A stretch of DNA of 64,000 nucleotides from Candidatus Poribacteria bacterium (GTDB lineage: Bacteria; Poribacteria; WGA-4E; WGA-3G): assembly GCA_965214095.1 (NCBI GenBank), contig OZ243938.1, forward strand, positions 2,592,001 through 2,656,000. Direction: 5' to 3'. Below the pieces are notes generated by a model. That model was not told the DNA's origin. It saw nothing but the letters and a program-made list of their open reading frames with translations, and did not search any database. Both the position numbers and the translations under genes were made by a program. Each line of letters begins with the position of its first letter. The stretch's first letter is position 1. Below, piece after piece: positions 1-9,079 of the stretch.

Positions 1-1557
1 AAGTTGCCGCATAAACCAACCGCCACCCATATAAGGAGCACCATGGGCGTATCCCACTTTGATTGCAGAATAATAGGATACCGCTAAACCGATGACGATA
101 GCAGCTGCCATTGCGATGAGGAGTTGTCTCCGTTTGACGCGTGCCTCGTCTGTAGCTTTCAGTCCATTCATAATGTTGGGCATCATAAACTCACGCAGGT
201 CAAGCGTAAGACATACGGGGTGCATCATCAGAGATGTCAATGATGATGGATGTATTTTAGATGTTCCTAAAGTCGTAAGGAAAAAACTCTGCGGTGAAAA
301 TGATGGGTTGATAAACGGGATACCACCGTTAATGACCTGCCACGTCAAAACGATATACATGGCAAGCAGGAACAACACAAAACCAATCGCAAACAGAATT
401 GACATCCCCATCAGATGATTGAAAAATACAAGCACACAGATACCACCGATAAGTCCAAAGACAGTAACGCCGTACGGTAACGCTTCGTCTGATTGACGGA
501 ACTGGAACATGTTTTTTATATGATGCCGTGTTTTCCATAAGGCGATAGCAACAAACACCAAGCATGCCCCCGCTTCTTGCGCAGCACTAAACGATTTGCC
601 TGTCCATTGAACACCAGGTCCTGAAGTTAAGGGAAATCCGAGCATCACCCCTATAAGACATTGCATCTTGTAAAATATGAAGAAAAACCAGATACTAAAT
701 GATACCTCTAAGGTGAGTAGGTAACTGAAGCCAACCATTGACCAAAAGATGACGACTTGGAATGGACGTAATGCACTCCACGGTCTTTCATTAAGATAGT
801 CATTGAGCCAAAAATCACGCGGAATATGTGGAATGGATGGGAAGAAAGTATGGAGTCCATTCATCGTATGCAGAAACACAGGGAACGCTACACCGAACCA
901 GAACGCGCTGTTTTTGAAAAGCGGACCGAGTCGTCCACTGCCTTGTGCTGCCATCTCAACAGGGAGTTTAACAAGTGGGAACGCACAACGTTCATATTCT
1001 ACCCACTGCTTTCGGAGTAATACCGACAGGCATATCATCACGAAATAGACAACGATGACATAAGCACTCCAGATGAGAATAGGTGTTATCCAAGCACCCC
1101 AAGGGATAGGTTCTCCTGCAAACAGACCTTCATAGAATGAACTAATCGCAGTCTCGTCACGAACCACACGCCAATGTGGAATATAATGGAAGAACAACGA
1201 CTCCCAATCATTTTCAGGGGTAGCAAGATACTTATATGCGATCATCGGACTGAGCGCATATCGCATCATACCGGAAGATGGAATGCCTGCGGGAGCAAGC
1301 ATGATACACCAAATCGTAATAAGTTCTCCGGGAGTAAATGCGGATTTGGGATGTATCTGTTTTAAGACGACATTAATGCCTAATACAAAGACGGTGAGAA
1401 CAAAGAACGGACCGACAGGAAAATGTCCGCCTGCCAGGAAGATGTTACGGATGACGTAATCGTTGTAGGGTGCGAGGAGACATTCTAATGTGGCACATGC
1501 TAATCCGATGAGGACTGCACGCCAAGATAAACTTGTCCGGGTTCTTTGCTGAATCAA
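1..1557 (-). CDS. Polytopic membrane protein, DUF6785-like putative transporter (runs off the window start)
   Basis: Manual minus-strand translation of the 5' part from TTG at 1557 (SD AGGTGAG upstream): MIQQRTRTSLSWRAVLIGLACATLECLLAPYNDYVIRNIFLAGGHFPVGPFF...FTPGELITIW, strongly hydrophobic. Probably absent from the ORF track because its stop lies outside the window. Confidence 0.7.
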   Translation of the reverse strand, partial: MIQQRTRTSLSWRAVLIGLACATLECLLAPYNDYVIRNIFLAGGHFPVGPFFVLTVFVLGINVVLKQIHPKSAFTPGELITIWCIMLAPAGIPSSGMMRYALSPMIAYKYLATPENDWESLFFHYIPHWRVVRDETAISSFYEGLFAGEPIPWGAWITPILIWSAYVIVVYFVMICLSVLLRKQWVEYERCAFPLVKLPVEMAAQGSGRLGPLFKNSAFWFGVAFPVFLHTMNGLHTFFPSIPHIPRDFWLNDYLNERPWSALRPFQVVIFWSMVGFSYLLTLEVSFSIWFFFIFYKMQCLIGVMLGFPLTSGPGVQWTGKSFSAAQEAGACLVFVAIALWKTRHHIKNMFQFRQSDEALPYGVTVFGLIGGICVLVFFNHLMGMSILFAIGFVLFLLAMYIVLTWQVINGGIPFINPSFSPQSFFLTTLGTSKIHPSSLTSLMMHPVCLTLDLREFMMPNIMNGLKATDEARVKRRQLLIAMAAAIVIGLAVSYYSAIKVGYAHGAPYMGGGWFMRQL

Positions 1558-1615
1558 TAGATACTCACCTTCATATTTGCTATTTAATTTGAGAGCATGA
1601 TATTTCTTTCACACG

Positions 1616-3673
1616 TCACTTGCCAACATTTGGATCTAATTCAGTCGCATATTTCAAATCAGCTGTCTTGTTTAACAATAGTCCGCGTTGATAATACGCA
1701 TCTGCATATCGAGGATTAAGAAATATTGCCCTATCAAAATCAACCCAGGCAGCGGAAATGTTCCCCAGTGCTACATGTATGACACCACGATTGTGGAAAG
1801 CAAAAGCGTTATTCGGGTTTATTTGTGAGGATTCATTACAATCATTCAATGCGAATTCATATAACTTTTGTGATTCTTCTATATTTCCTATTTCCAACTC
1901 ATGTTTTCCAAGAAGATAATACACCCAGGCTCTGTTTGAGTAGGCATAAGAATTCTTTGAATTGAGTTGAATTGCTTCAGACAGGTCATCTATCGCCGAA
2001 GAATACAGGACTATTGCCTTACCTGTTTCATTACGTTGTGTCACCATGTCCGCAAGTTCAATTTTTGAGATACCTATATTTCTATTGATATCTGAAAGTT
2101 TATCGTTTTTGAAGTATTCCTCTGGTTGTAGCTCAATTCCAACACGCCAATTCTTAATTGCTGACTGAAATAACTCAGTTGCTACCTCTATATTGTTTTG
2201 ATCTTTTTCAAAATGTGCAAACTGGTATTGTGCATGTGCGAGTCCATTATATGCAGAATTTGACTCAGGACTTAAGGTAATTGCTTTGTTACAATCTTCA
2301 ACCGCATTTTGATAATGTGGTCTTACCTGCTCAACATTGCCTTGTTTAGCTAATGTCCTCCCCAAATTGGATTCAGCATTTGCACGTTCCAGATAATGGA
2401 ATGCAGATTTTCGGTCTCGTTTTAAAGCATATTCGTAATACGTTACGGCATCCTCGTATAGATTTTGTGCACTTTGATGGTTACCCTCTTTAGAAGCCGC
2501 GTCCCCCTGCTCAATCTTGTTCATCCCTTGAACATGAAATAGTCTGATAAAATTCGGGTTAAACTTTATCGCTTTGTTGTAATCTGAAAATGCTGACGAG
2601 TTATCACCAAGTTCAAAGTAAGCATTCCCTCGTTCACTATAAGCAAAAGCGTTCTTAGGATTGTTTGCTATCGCATTCGTGAAGTCAGCAATTGCTGCTT
2701 CATATAGCATCTTGGATGTTTCTGGTTGCCCCAACTTTTTCTCTGATGCCCCAAGTCGTGCTCTTGCTTCACCAAGTTTCGTATACCCATAGATGTTGTT
2801 AGGTGCTAACTGAACTGCTTTCTCTAATTCCTTTATTGATTGTTCGTATTCCTTCGCTTTGTATTTTGCTTGTCCCTTAACAATGTGGGAATAGGCGCGA
2901 ATTGTATCCTGATTTTGCCATTCCTCCAAAGGTTCAATCCCATCCGTATGTGTGAGCAATTTTTTCAAAGCATTTGAGGAAGACGCAAGCGAATAACCTA
3001 TGTCATATTGAATGAAGGCATGAATACCTATAACTTCTCTTTTGCCATTCAGAACAGGACTTCCACTACTTCCTACACTTATTAAGATGTCATTCCGAAG
3101 CCATTTATCGCTTCTTCGTATACTATATACTAATCCCTTCTTCACTTTAAATCTTCCACTGGGATATCCTATGATAGTAATAGGTTGGTTTTTCTTAATC
3201 CTATTACTGTTACCGATTGAAAGAGGTGTGCCTTCACCATCCACTCTTAAAATAGCGAGATCGTTTTTTATATCATAAGCCAATACACCTTCAACTGTCC
3301 AGTTAGTGATTTTATTTTCATATCTACCTAACATATTGCCATTTTCTTGCCTTGTCCAAATAACTTCTTTTTCCGGATGTATTGTTTTGACAGACACAGG
3401 ACCAGGTCGTGCAATTACATGTATATTTGTTGCAATCTTGTCCGGGGCAATGAAAAATCCAGTACCGAAACCTATAGATCCTGAATTATACTCTATTTTA
3501 ACTATCGATTCTCGTACTATATCGATATTAAGTAACTCTGTAGATTCTATTTGTCGTGGCTTTTCTCGGTGAACATAGTCATTGATAATCAAGGTTGCAA
3601 TGAAAATGCCCTCCACAATGACTAAAAACCACAATAGAAACAGACCTATACGTTTCATGATTGTATGCTTCAA
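1616..3673 (-). CDS. Membrane-anchored trypsin-like serine protease with C-terminal TPR array
   Basis: N-terminal TM helix; GTGFFI, TNIHV (His), NDLAIL (Asp), GSSGSPV (Ser); many TPR motifs (AYSERGNAYFELG, AFHNRG, AYYQRG). Confidence 0.85.
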   Translation of the reverse strand: MKHTIMKRIGLFLLWFLVIVEGIFIATLIINDYVHREKPRQIESTELLNIDIVRESIVKIEYNSGSIGFGTGFFIAPDKIATNIHVIARPGPVSVKTIHPEKEVIWTRQENGNMLGRYENKITNWTVEGVLAYDIKNDLAILRVDGEGTPLSIGNSNRIKKNQPITIIGYPSGRFKVKKGLVYSIRRSDKWLRNDILISVGSSGSPVLNGKREVIGIHAFIQYDIGYSLASSSNALKKLLTHTDGIEPLEEWQNQDTIRAYSHIVKGQAKYKAKEYEQSIKELEKAVQLAPNNIYGYTKLGEARARLGASEKKLGQPETSKMLYEAAIADFTNAIANNPKNAFAYSERGNAYFELGDNSSAFSDYNKAIKFNPNFIRLFHVQGMNKIEQGDAASKEGNHQSAQNLYEDAVTYYEYALKRDRKSAFHYLERANAESNLGRTLAKQGNVEQVRPHYQNAVEDCNKAITLSPESNSAYNGLAHAQYQFAHFEKDQNNIEVATELFQSAIKNWRVGIELQPEEYFKNDKLSDINRNIGISKIELADMVTQRNETGKAIVLYSSAIDDLSEAIQLNSKNSYAYSNRAWVYYLLGKHELEIGNIEESQKLYEFALNDCNESSQINPNNAFAFHNRGVIHVALGNISAAWVDFDRAIFLNPRYADAYYQRGLLLNKTADLKYATELDPNVGK

Positions 3674-3790
3674 TCCTTAGATGTTCATTTTGAATACGAA
3701 GTTTTAGCTTTAATCATACACAAAAAGTATCGTTCTGTAAACAGTTTTGAAATAACAGCAGGATTATTTGTCCCAAGTTACCACCTATAA

Positions 3791-4095
3791 CTTGTTGGCG
3801 GGGTTTGTAACCCCGATTGATGAATCGGTTTGAAACACCAATCTTTCTGCAGCACCAGAGGTGCGGAATGTGTACAGAAGATCATTCTACACCAAAGATA
3901 GATCCACCTGTCACCCCACTGAGGCTTATTTTGTGTTGGCACTTCGTTTGCTATACACCTTCCACACCCGCTAGTGCTGAATAGATCACGGTTAGGAAAC
4001 CGCTCCAACAAGAGATGACCTCTAATCCTGGAAATCTATAAATCCTGTGAATCCTGGTTCAGACAATCGCGGTTGAAAACCGCTCCAACAAGAGA
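3791..4095. repeat. Cluster of REP-like palindromes and short AATCCTG repeats
   Basis: GTTGGCGGGGTTTGTAACCCCG; two copies of CGGTT(AGG/GAA)AAACCGCTCCAACAAGAGA; AATCCTG..GGTTCAGA block that recurs at about 55266-55306. Confidence 0.7.
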
Positions 4096-4305
4096 GAATC
4101 TTCTTTAATTGACATCTACCGTCTTGAGTATTAACTTTCTGTAAATCTCAATAAACCTGAAAAAACAGTGATAAATCAAATTTATTTATTGAAATTTATA
4201 TGAAAAATATAGTAAAGTTAAGTAGAATAGTTACAGTATGTTGAAGTATAGGAACGAAACTTACTATTTTGCTAATTAATTTCTATTTCAAATAGAAACG
4301 GAGAT

Positions 4306-5817
4306 ATGATAATGCAAACACCTTCAAATTTGTTTAACGATGAGCAAATGCGAGATTTCATCGTCAACGGTTATGTTACTGTAAAAACAGGTTTACCGCG
4401 TAGTGTTCACGAAACGATTTACCGTAAAACGCAGGAATACACAGAAAAAGAGGGAAACTTGGGTAATAATGTCTTACCGCGAGTGCCAGAGTTACAAGCT
4501 GTGTTTGATGATCCTGCGGTTCGTGGGGCATTTACGAGTATTTTAGGGAAGAATTTTGTGATGCACTCCCATAGGCATCCACATCGGAACGGTCCGCACA
4601 GCGGTGGACAAGGGTTTCATAAGGATAGTTACTGGGGACATCAAAAGGTTAGACACCATTTGCCGCGTTGGGCAATGGCATTCTACTATCCACAGGATAC
4701 ACCTGTTGAAATCGGTCCTTCTGCAATCTTATCGGGAACTCAATATTATAGTCATAGGATTACTGAGACCAATGATGGTGAGGTGGCTCTCTATGGCGAA
4801 GCGGGGACAGTATCAATCATCCATTTTGACTTGTGGCATCGTGCGATGGCGAACCAGACCGACAAGGTTCGTTATATGATGAAGTTCCAGTTTATCCGTC
4901 TGGATGAGCCAGATGAACCGGAATGGAATGTGCAAGATCCTGAATGGAACCCTGAAGGACTTGATATTGATGATAACCCAGCTGCACTGAAACACGAAAC
5001 AACTTGGCGGCATGTATGGAATTGGATGGCTGGCAAATCCAATGGCAATGGAACCCAAAATGCAAATGGTAATTTGACTACCCATATAGAAGCATTGAGC
5101 AATGAAGATCCTGCTGTCCGTTCTGATGCTGCAGATGCATTGGGTTTGTTAGGCGACTCCGCAGCTGATGCGGTTCCAATGTTAAGCAATGCCTTGAGCG
5201 ATGATCATGAACCTGTTCGACTGAATGCTGCTTACGCATTAGGTGCAATGGGTGAACCCGCAGTATCAGCATTAATTGACAAACTTCATGGTGAAAACGG
5301 AACGGCACAGCGTATGGCAGCGTATGGATTGGCAGCTGTCGGTGCACCTGCTGTCTCATCTCTCTGTGAGGCAATGGAACATGAAAATGATGAGGTAAGA
5401 CATCAAGCAACCTACGCATTAGCACAGATAGGAAGTGATGCTGAACCTGCTGTCTCTGCTCTGATGAAACATTCCGATGATAGCAAAGTTGAAGTGCGGA
5501 GATATGTTCCAGAAGCATTCGGTGCGATTGGTCCGAATGCAGCACCAGCAGTACCAGTTCTAATTGAGAGGTTAGCAAATGATGAGGACGTGCAAGTTCG
5601 TTTTGAGTCTGCTTTGGCATTAGCACAAATCGGTCCTGCTTCAAGCGATGCAATACCGGTTTTGAAGGAATCGCTATCGGATAAGAATCGATATGTGCGT
5701 GACAATTCTATCCATGCACTCAAACGAATCGGTACGCCAGAAGCCGAGTCAGCACTATTGGATTATCTCCTGATGACTCGATGGTGTCCTGTTACGAACA
5801 GAGAAAGTACATTCTAA
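4306..5817 (+). CDS. PhyH-family Fe(II)/2-oxoglutarate dioxygenase fused to HEAT/PBS-lyase repeats
   Basis: GFHKDS (HxD) and LWHRA (distal His); C-terminal repeats such as VRSDAADALG, VRLNAAYALG, VRFESALALAQIG. Confidence 0.85.
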   Translation: MIMQTPSNLFNDEQMRDFIVNGYVTVKTGLPRSVHETIYRKTQEYTEKEGNLGNNVLPRVPELQAVFDDPAVRGAFTSILGKNFVMHSHRHPHRNGPHSGGQGFHKDSYWGHQKVRHHLPRWAMAFYYPQDTPVEIGPSAILSGTQYYSHRITETNDGEVALYGEAGTVSIIHFDLWHRAMANQTDKVRYMMKFQFIRLDEPDEPEWNVQDPEWNPEGLDIDDNPAALKHETTWRHVWNWMAGKSNGNGTQNANGNLTTHIEALSNEDPAVRSDAADALGLLGDSAADAVPMLSNALSDDHEPVRLNAAYALGAMGEPAVSALIDKLHGENGTAQRMAAYGLAAVGAPAVSSLCEAMEHENDEVRHQATYALAQIGSDAEPAVSALMKHSDDSKVEVRRYVPEAFGAIGPNAAPAVPVLIERLANDEDVQVRFESALALAQIGPASSDAIPVLKESLSDKNRYVRDNSIHALKRIGTPEAESALLDYLLMTRWCPVTNRESTF

Positions 5818-5839
5818 ACTGATTATTCTATGATCGTTA

Positions 5840-5876
5840 TAATTGTAGGCATGCATTGCGTGTGTGCCTACAATTA
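5840..5876. repeat. GTAG-type REP-like palindrome / possible terminator
   Basis: Perfect 12-bp inverted repeat TAATTGTAGGCA / TGCCTACAATTA just after the stop codon. Confidence 0.55.
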
Positions 5877-5896
5877 GGAGTAATTTATATTGTTAA

Positions 5897-6000
5897 TTAT
5901 AGTGAACTATAAATATAAGTTGACACTTTCGACCCACGGTAGGCGAGGTTTCCTAACCTCGCCGATGCAGAGTGTTCAAGTAATTTCAAATCTACTATAA
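5897..6000 (+). mobile_element. About 100-bp MITE with an internal GTAG-REP (copy A)
   Basis: Termini TATAGT..ACTATA; differs from 26647-26749 by 3 substitutions and 1 indel; inner GTAGGCGAGGTTTCCTAACCTCGCC. Confidence 0.8.
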
Positions 6001-6023
6001 TACCATGACTGGAGGTAAATCAC

Positions 6024-6974
6024 ATGGATATTTTTGAACAAGCAGAAGAACTAATAAGTAAAATCCATAATCAATTAGGTGAATCTGAAAGAACTCTTGA
6101 TGAATCGGTAGAAAGAATTCATCAAGAATTAGAGGAATATACCAGAGCAGCAGATGAACAGGTTGAAAGAATTCATCATGAAATTGAACAAGAATCTGAA
6201 TCTGCTGAAGAACAGATTCAAAGACTACATGAAGAATTAGAAGAACACCATAGAAATGTTGAAGAACAAGTTCAAAAGATACATGACGAGTCTGAAAAAT
6301 ATGAGCGTAACATTGAGGAACAAGTTGAAAGAATCCACAATCAACTTGAGCAGGCCAGAGAACAGGCTGAAGAACAGATTGAAAGAATACGTGAACAGAC
6401 TGAACATAAGTCAGAATCTGTTGAAGAACAAATTGAAAGAATGCGTAACCAATTAGATGAGTATAGGGACAAATCTGAAGACTGGGTTGAGGGAATACGT
6501 GAACGGATGGATGAACTTAAGGATGGTTTTGAGCACCACGCTGAAAACATACATGTTAAATCGGAGACATGGATTGAATCAAAATTTGACAACGATACCG
6601 TACAGTCATTGATTAACCGCTTTCATCCGCTATATAGCGAACGGCATGCTGCATTCACGATCCACAATTCTTATGTAATTAACGGTGCAGAGATATTGAA
6701 ATATAGTGGTAAATTACTGCCATTAGCAGATATGGATGCACGTTATCCGCGCCGTGAATGGCTTCAAACACTTCTCAACAAAAATGTCACTATAGAGAGT
6801 ATTGACGATTATTGCCGTTATCTGAACGCGCGGGATATGTTGATGCGGATTCAGAATAAACCCGATGTGTGGACATCCGGTCTTTTTGATATTCCCCCAA
6901 CTGAAAATTGGGAAACCTACCAAGAAGCGTATATTGACCATTTGGTAAATCCAGATAAAGCACCAAATGCATAA
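6024..6974 (+). CDS. Hypothetical protein: 18-residue helical repeat region plus C-terminal globular domain
   Basis: SD GGAGG; about 8 repeats of EEQ(V/I)ERI(H/R)x(E/Q)LE; unique C-terminal domain (MDARYPRREWLQTLL...WETYQEAYID). Confidence 0.8.
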   Translation: MDIFEQAEELISKIHNQLGESERTLDESVERIHQELEEYTRAADEQVERIHHEIEQESESAEEQIQRLHEELEEHHRNVEEQVQKIHDESEKYERNIEEQVERIHNQLEQAREQAEEQIERIREQTEHKSESVEEQIERMRNQLDEYRDKSEDWVEGIRERMDELKDGFEHHAENIHVKSETWIESKFDNDTVQSLINRFHPLYSERHAAFTIHNSYVINGAEILKYSGKLLPLADMDARYPRREWLQTLLNKNVTIESIDDYCRYLNARDMLMRIQNKPDVWTSGLFDIPPTENWETYQEAYIDHLVNPDKAPNA

Positions 6975-7052
6975 TTCGCAAATTGAATTAGTCGAATAAC
7001 AAGATGCTGGCATTGAAAACATGCTTCTCCCTTCATCCTACATAAGGATTTC

Positions 7053-7805
7053 ATGATGGTTAGCCGTAAAGACATTCAAGCCACATGCGATGATATCGTG
7101 CGTGAATTCAAACCGCTACAAGTTATCCTCTATGGTTCTTATGCTTACGGAACCCCGAAGGAATATTCAGATGTTGATCTGTTAGTGATAATGCCGGTAG
7201 CAAATTCTGAGGCGCGAGCCCAAGCGGCAGAGATACGCAAACGGATTCCGTATCAGTTCAGTATGGACCTTATTGTGCGTTCAGCAGAAGATATAGCATA
7301 TCGTCTTTCTCATAACGATTGGTTTCTGCGCGAAGTTACTGAAAAGGGTGAGGTGCTTTATGAATCTGAAAATTTCTATCTCAAACCACAGAAAACAGAG
7401 ATTACCAAAATGAATCCTTTAACTTTAGAGTGGATAGAAAGAGCAGAAGGTGATTTTTTAGCAGCAACGCAATTATATCATGGACCAAATCCGGTAAACC
7501 ATGTAATTTGCTTCCTTGCTCAGCAATGTGTTGAAAAATATCTGAAGGTATGGCTACAAGAGATGAATATCCCTATCATAAGAACACACAATTTAACTCA
7601 ACTATTGGATTTAATATTACCGACTATTCCAGAGTGGAAGGCATGGAAGTCTGAGTTATCAGATTTATCTGAATTTGCCGCTGAAACGCGTTATCTCGCA
7701 GACTCACCTTCACAGAATGATGTAGTACGTTCAATGGAAACTTGTGAAAAAGTGCGTAAAACAACGCGCGCAGAATTAAAACTACCTACTGAAGAAAGTC
7801 AATAA
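7053..7805 (+). CDS. Minimal nucleotidyltransferase (MNT) fused to a HEPN domain
   Basis: LYGSYAYG..SDVDL MNT motif; second half WIERAEGD..CFLAQQCVEKYLK..RTHNL..TRY typical of HEPN. Confidence 0.85.
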   Translation: MMVSRKDIQATCDDIVREFKPLQVILYGSYAYGTPKEYSDVDLLVIMPVANSEARAQAAEIRKRIPYQFSMDLIVRSAEDIAYRLSHNDWFLREVTEKGEVLYESENFYLKPQKTEITKMNPLTLEWIERAEGDFLAATQLYHGPNPVNHVICFLAQQCVEKYLKVWLQEMNIPIIRTHNLTQLLDLILPTIPEWKAWKSELSDLSEFAAETRYLADSPSQNDVVRSMETCEKVRKTTRAELKLPTEESQ

Positions 7806-7994
7806 CCCCGTGCTAAAGCATCGGGGCTTGTGCGAAGCGCATGCCAAACGTTCACTCCACAAGTTAAACTATTTTCTACAGTCATATATCGGGTGTTCTG
7901 AACGTGGCAGTCCAATGTATGTTTCGGATGCTCCCCAAGTCCGATTCCTCTACGAATACCCGATCTGGATGGGGCAATATATACTCTTCGGAGG
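7798..7994 (+). ncRNA. omegaRNA scaffold (5' guide expected from the flank, about 7778-7797)
   Basis: Lies directly upstream of isrB; stems CTTGTG/CACAAG, ATCGGGTGTTC/GAATACCCGAT, TCGGA/TCCGA with loop CCCCA complementary to TGGGG (pseudoknot); terminal CTC-TTCG-GAG hairpin. Confidence 0.75.
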
Positions 7995-8001
7995 TTTACA
8001 C

Positions 8002-9009
8002 ATCTTAGTTCCAGTAATAGACAAAAATCAACACCCTCTCATGCCTACAAAACCCTCACGGGCGAGGCGTTGGATACAAACAGGGAAAGCGACACCCTTT
8101 TGGAATAATGGTATATTTTGCGTCCGACTCAATGTTGATCCATCAGACACTGAACTCCAAGACATAGTGGTTGGTGTGGATCCTGGTAGTAAGAAAGAAG
8201 GCTTTAGTGTGAAATCAGAGAAACGGACTTATCTGAATGTGCAAGCGGACGCACATAACAAGGTTGGTAAAAAGGTTGAAAAAAGACGTGAACTTCGTAG
8301 ATGTAGACGTTCACGGAAGTGTCCTAATCGGAAAAATAGGACAAACAAACTTGCTAACAGAGAACGTCTACCTGCTGGCACGCGTGCGAGATGGGATTGG
8401 AAGTTAAGGGTCCTTAATTGGTTATCTAAACTCTATCCTATTAGTCATGTATGTGTAGAAGACATCAAAGCACGGACTATCAAATGCGCTAAAAAGTGGA
8501 ATCAATCTTTTAGTCCATTGGAAGTTGGTAAGCAGTGGTTCTATACTGAAATCAAGAAGCGATGGCACCTGCTAACACTCCAAGGATACGAAACAAAGGA
8601 AATCCGTGATAGGCTTGGGTTGAAAAAGTCTAAACAGAAGTTAGCAGAAACCTTTGACACACATTGTGTGGATAGTTGGTGTCTTGCTTATCATACTGTC
8701 GGCGGTGATAGCATACCAGATACGACAGATATATTCTGTATATCACCCATACCGATAGCCAGACGCAATCTACACAGAGAACAACCGAAAAAAGGGGGTA
8801 TCCGTTCACGATATGGTGGCACTTTGCTAAAAGAAGGATTGGTCAAGAACACACTTGTCAAGCATATCAAATATGGATTGACAAGATTAGCAGGTGTCAA
8901 CGCAAAAGGATTGTTTTCAATCTATAGCATTGATGGGGAACGATTGACAACGGGTGCAAAACAAAGAGATTTCAAGGTGTTAACTAAACTAAACTTTCAA
9001 TATAGATAG
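8002..9009 (+). CDS. isrB: IsrB RNA-guided nickase (PLMP plus split RuvC, no HNH)
   Basis: HPLMPTKPSRARRW; RuvC-I GVDPGSK; Arg-rich bridge helix RRELRRCRRSRK; RuvC-II VEDI; RuvC-III THCVD; 335 aa with no HNH. Start placed at an in-frame ATC 7 nt after GGAGG. Confidence 0.85.
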   Translation: MLVPVIDKNQHPLMPTKPSRARRWIQTGKATPFWNNGIFCVRLNVDPSDTELQDIVVGVDPGSKKEGFSVKSEKRTYLNVQADAHNKVGKKVEKRRELRRCRRSRKCPNRKNRTNKLANRERLPAGTRARWDWKLRVLNWLSKLYPISHVCVEDIKARTIKCAKKWNQSFSPLEVGKQWFYTEIKKRWHLLTLQGYETKEIRDRLGLKKSKQKLAETFDTHCVDSWCLAYHTVGGDSIPDTTDIFCISPIPIARRNLHREQPKKGGIRSRYGGTLLKEGLVKNTLVKHIKYGLTRLAGVNAKGLFSIYSIDGERLTTGAKQRDFKVLTKLNFQYR

Positions 9010-9079
9010 GAACGGGCATTTCTCCCCGTGCTAAAGCAGCGGGGTCTCCTGCCCGATGATTAGATGAGAAGAACAACTG

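Larger units (their letters stand above)
7798..9063 (+). mobile_element. Non-autonomous IS200/IS605-family element carrying isrB and its omegaRNA
   Basis: Left end GTCAATAACCCC; near-identical subterminal hairpins CCCCGTGCTAAAGCA(T/G)CGGGG at 7806-7826 and 9024-9044; no tnpA. Right end is 9063 or possibly 9055. Confidence 0.85.

Noticed and set aside
92-1365. Short ORFs listed at 92-1365
   Set aside because: Shadows of the long minus-strand membrane-protein gene starting at 1557.
3778-4011. 77-aa minus-strand ORF
   Set aside because: It consists of REP-like repeat sequence.
7810-8001. N-terminal 64 codons of the 399-aa ORF in the track
   Set aside because: They run through the element's end hairpin and the omegaRNA; IsrB-like sequence begins at about 8002.
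7810-9009. Calling the ORF IscB, Cas9 or TnpB
   Set aside because: There is no HNH or zinc finger between RuvC-II and RuvC-III, it has an N-terminal PLMP, and no CRISPR array is nearby; this fits IsrB.
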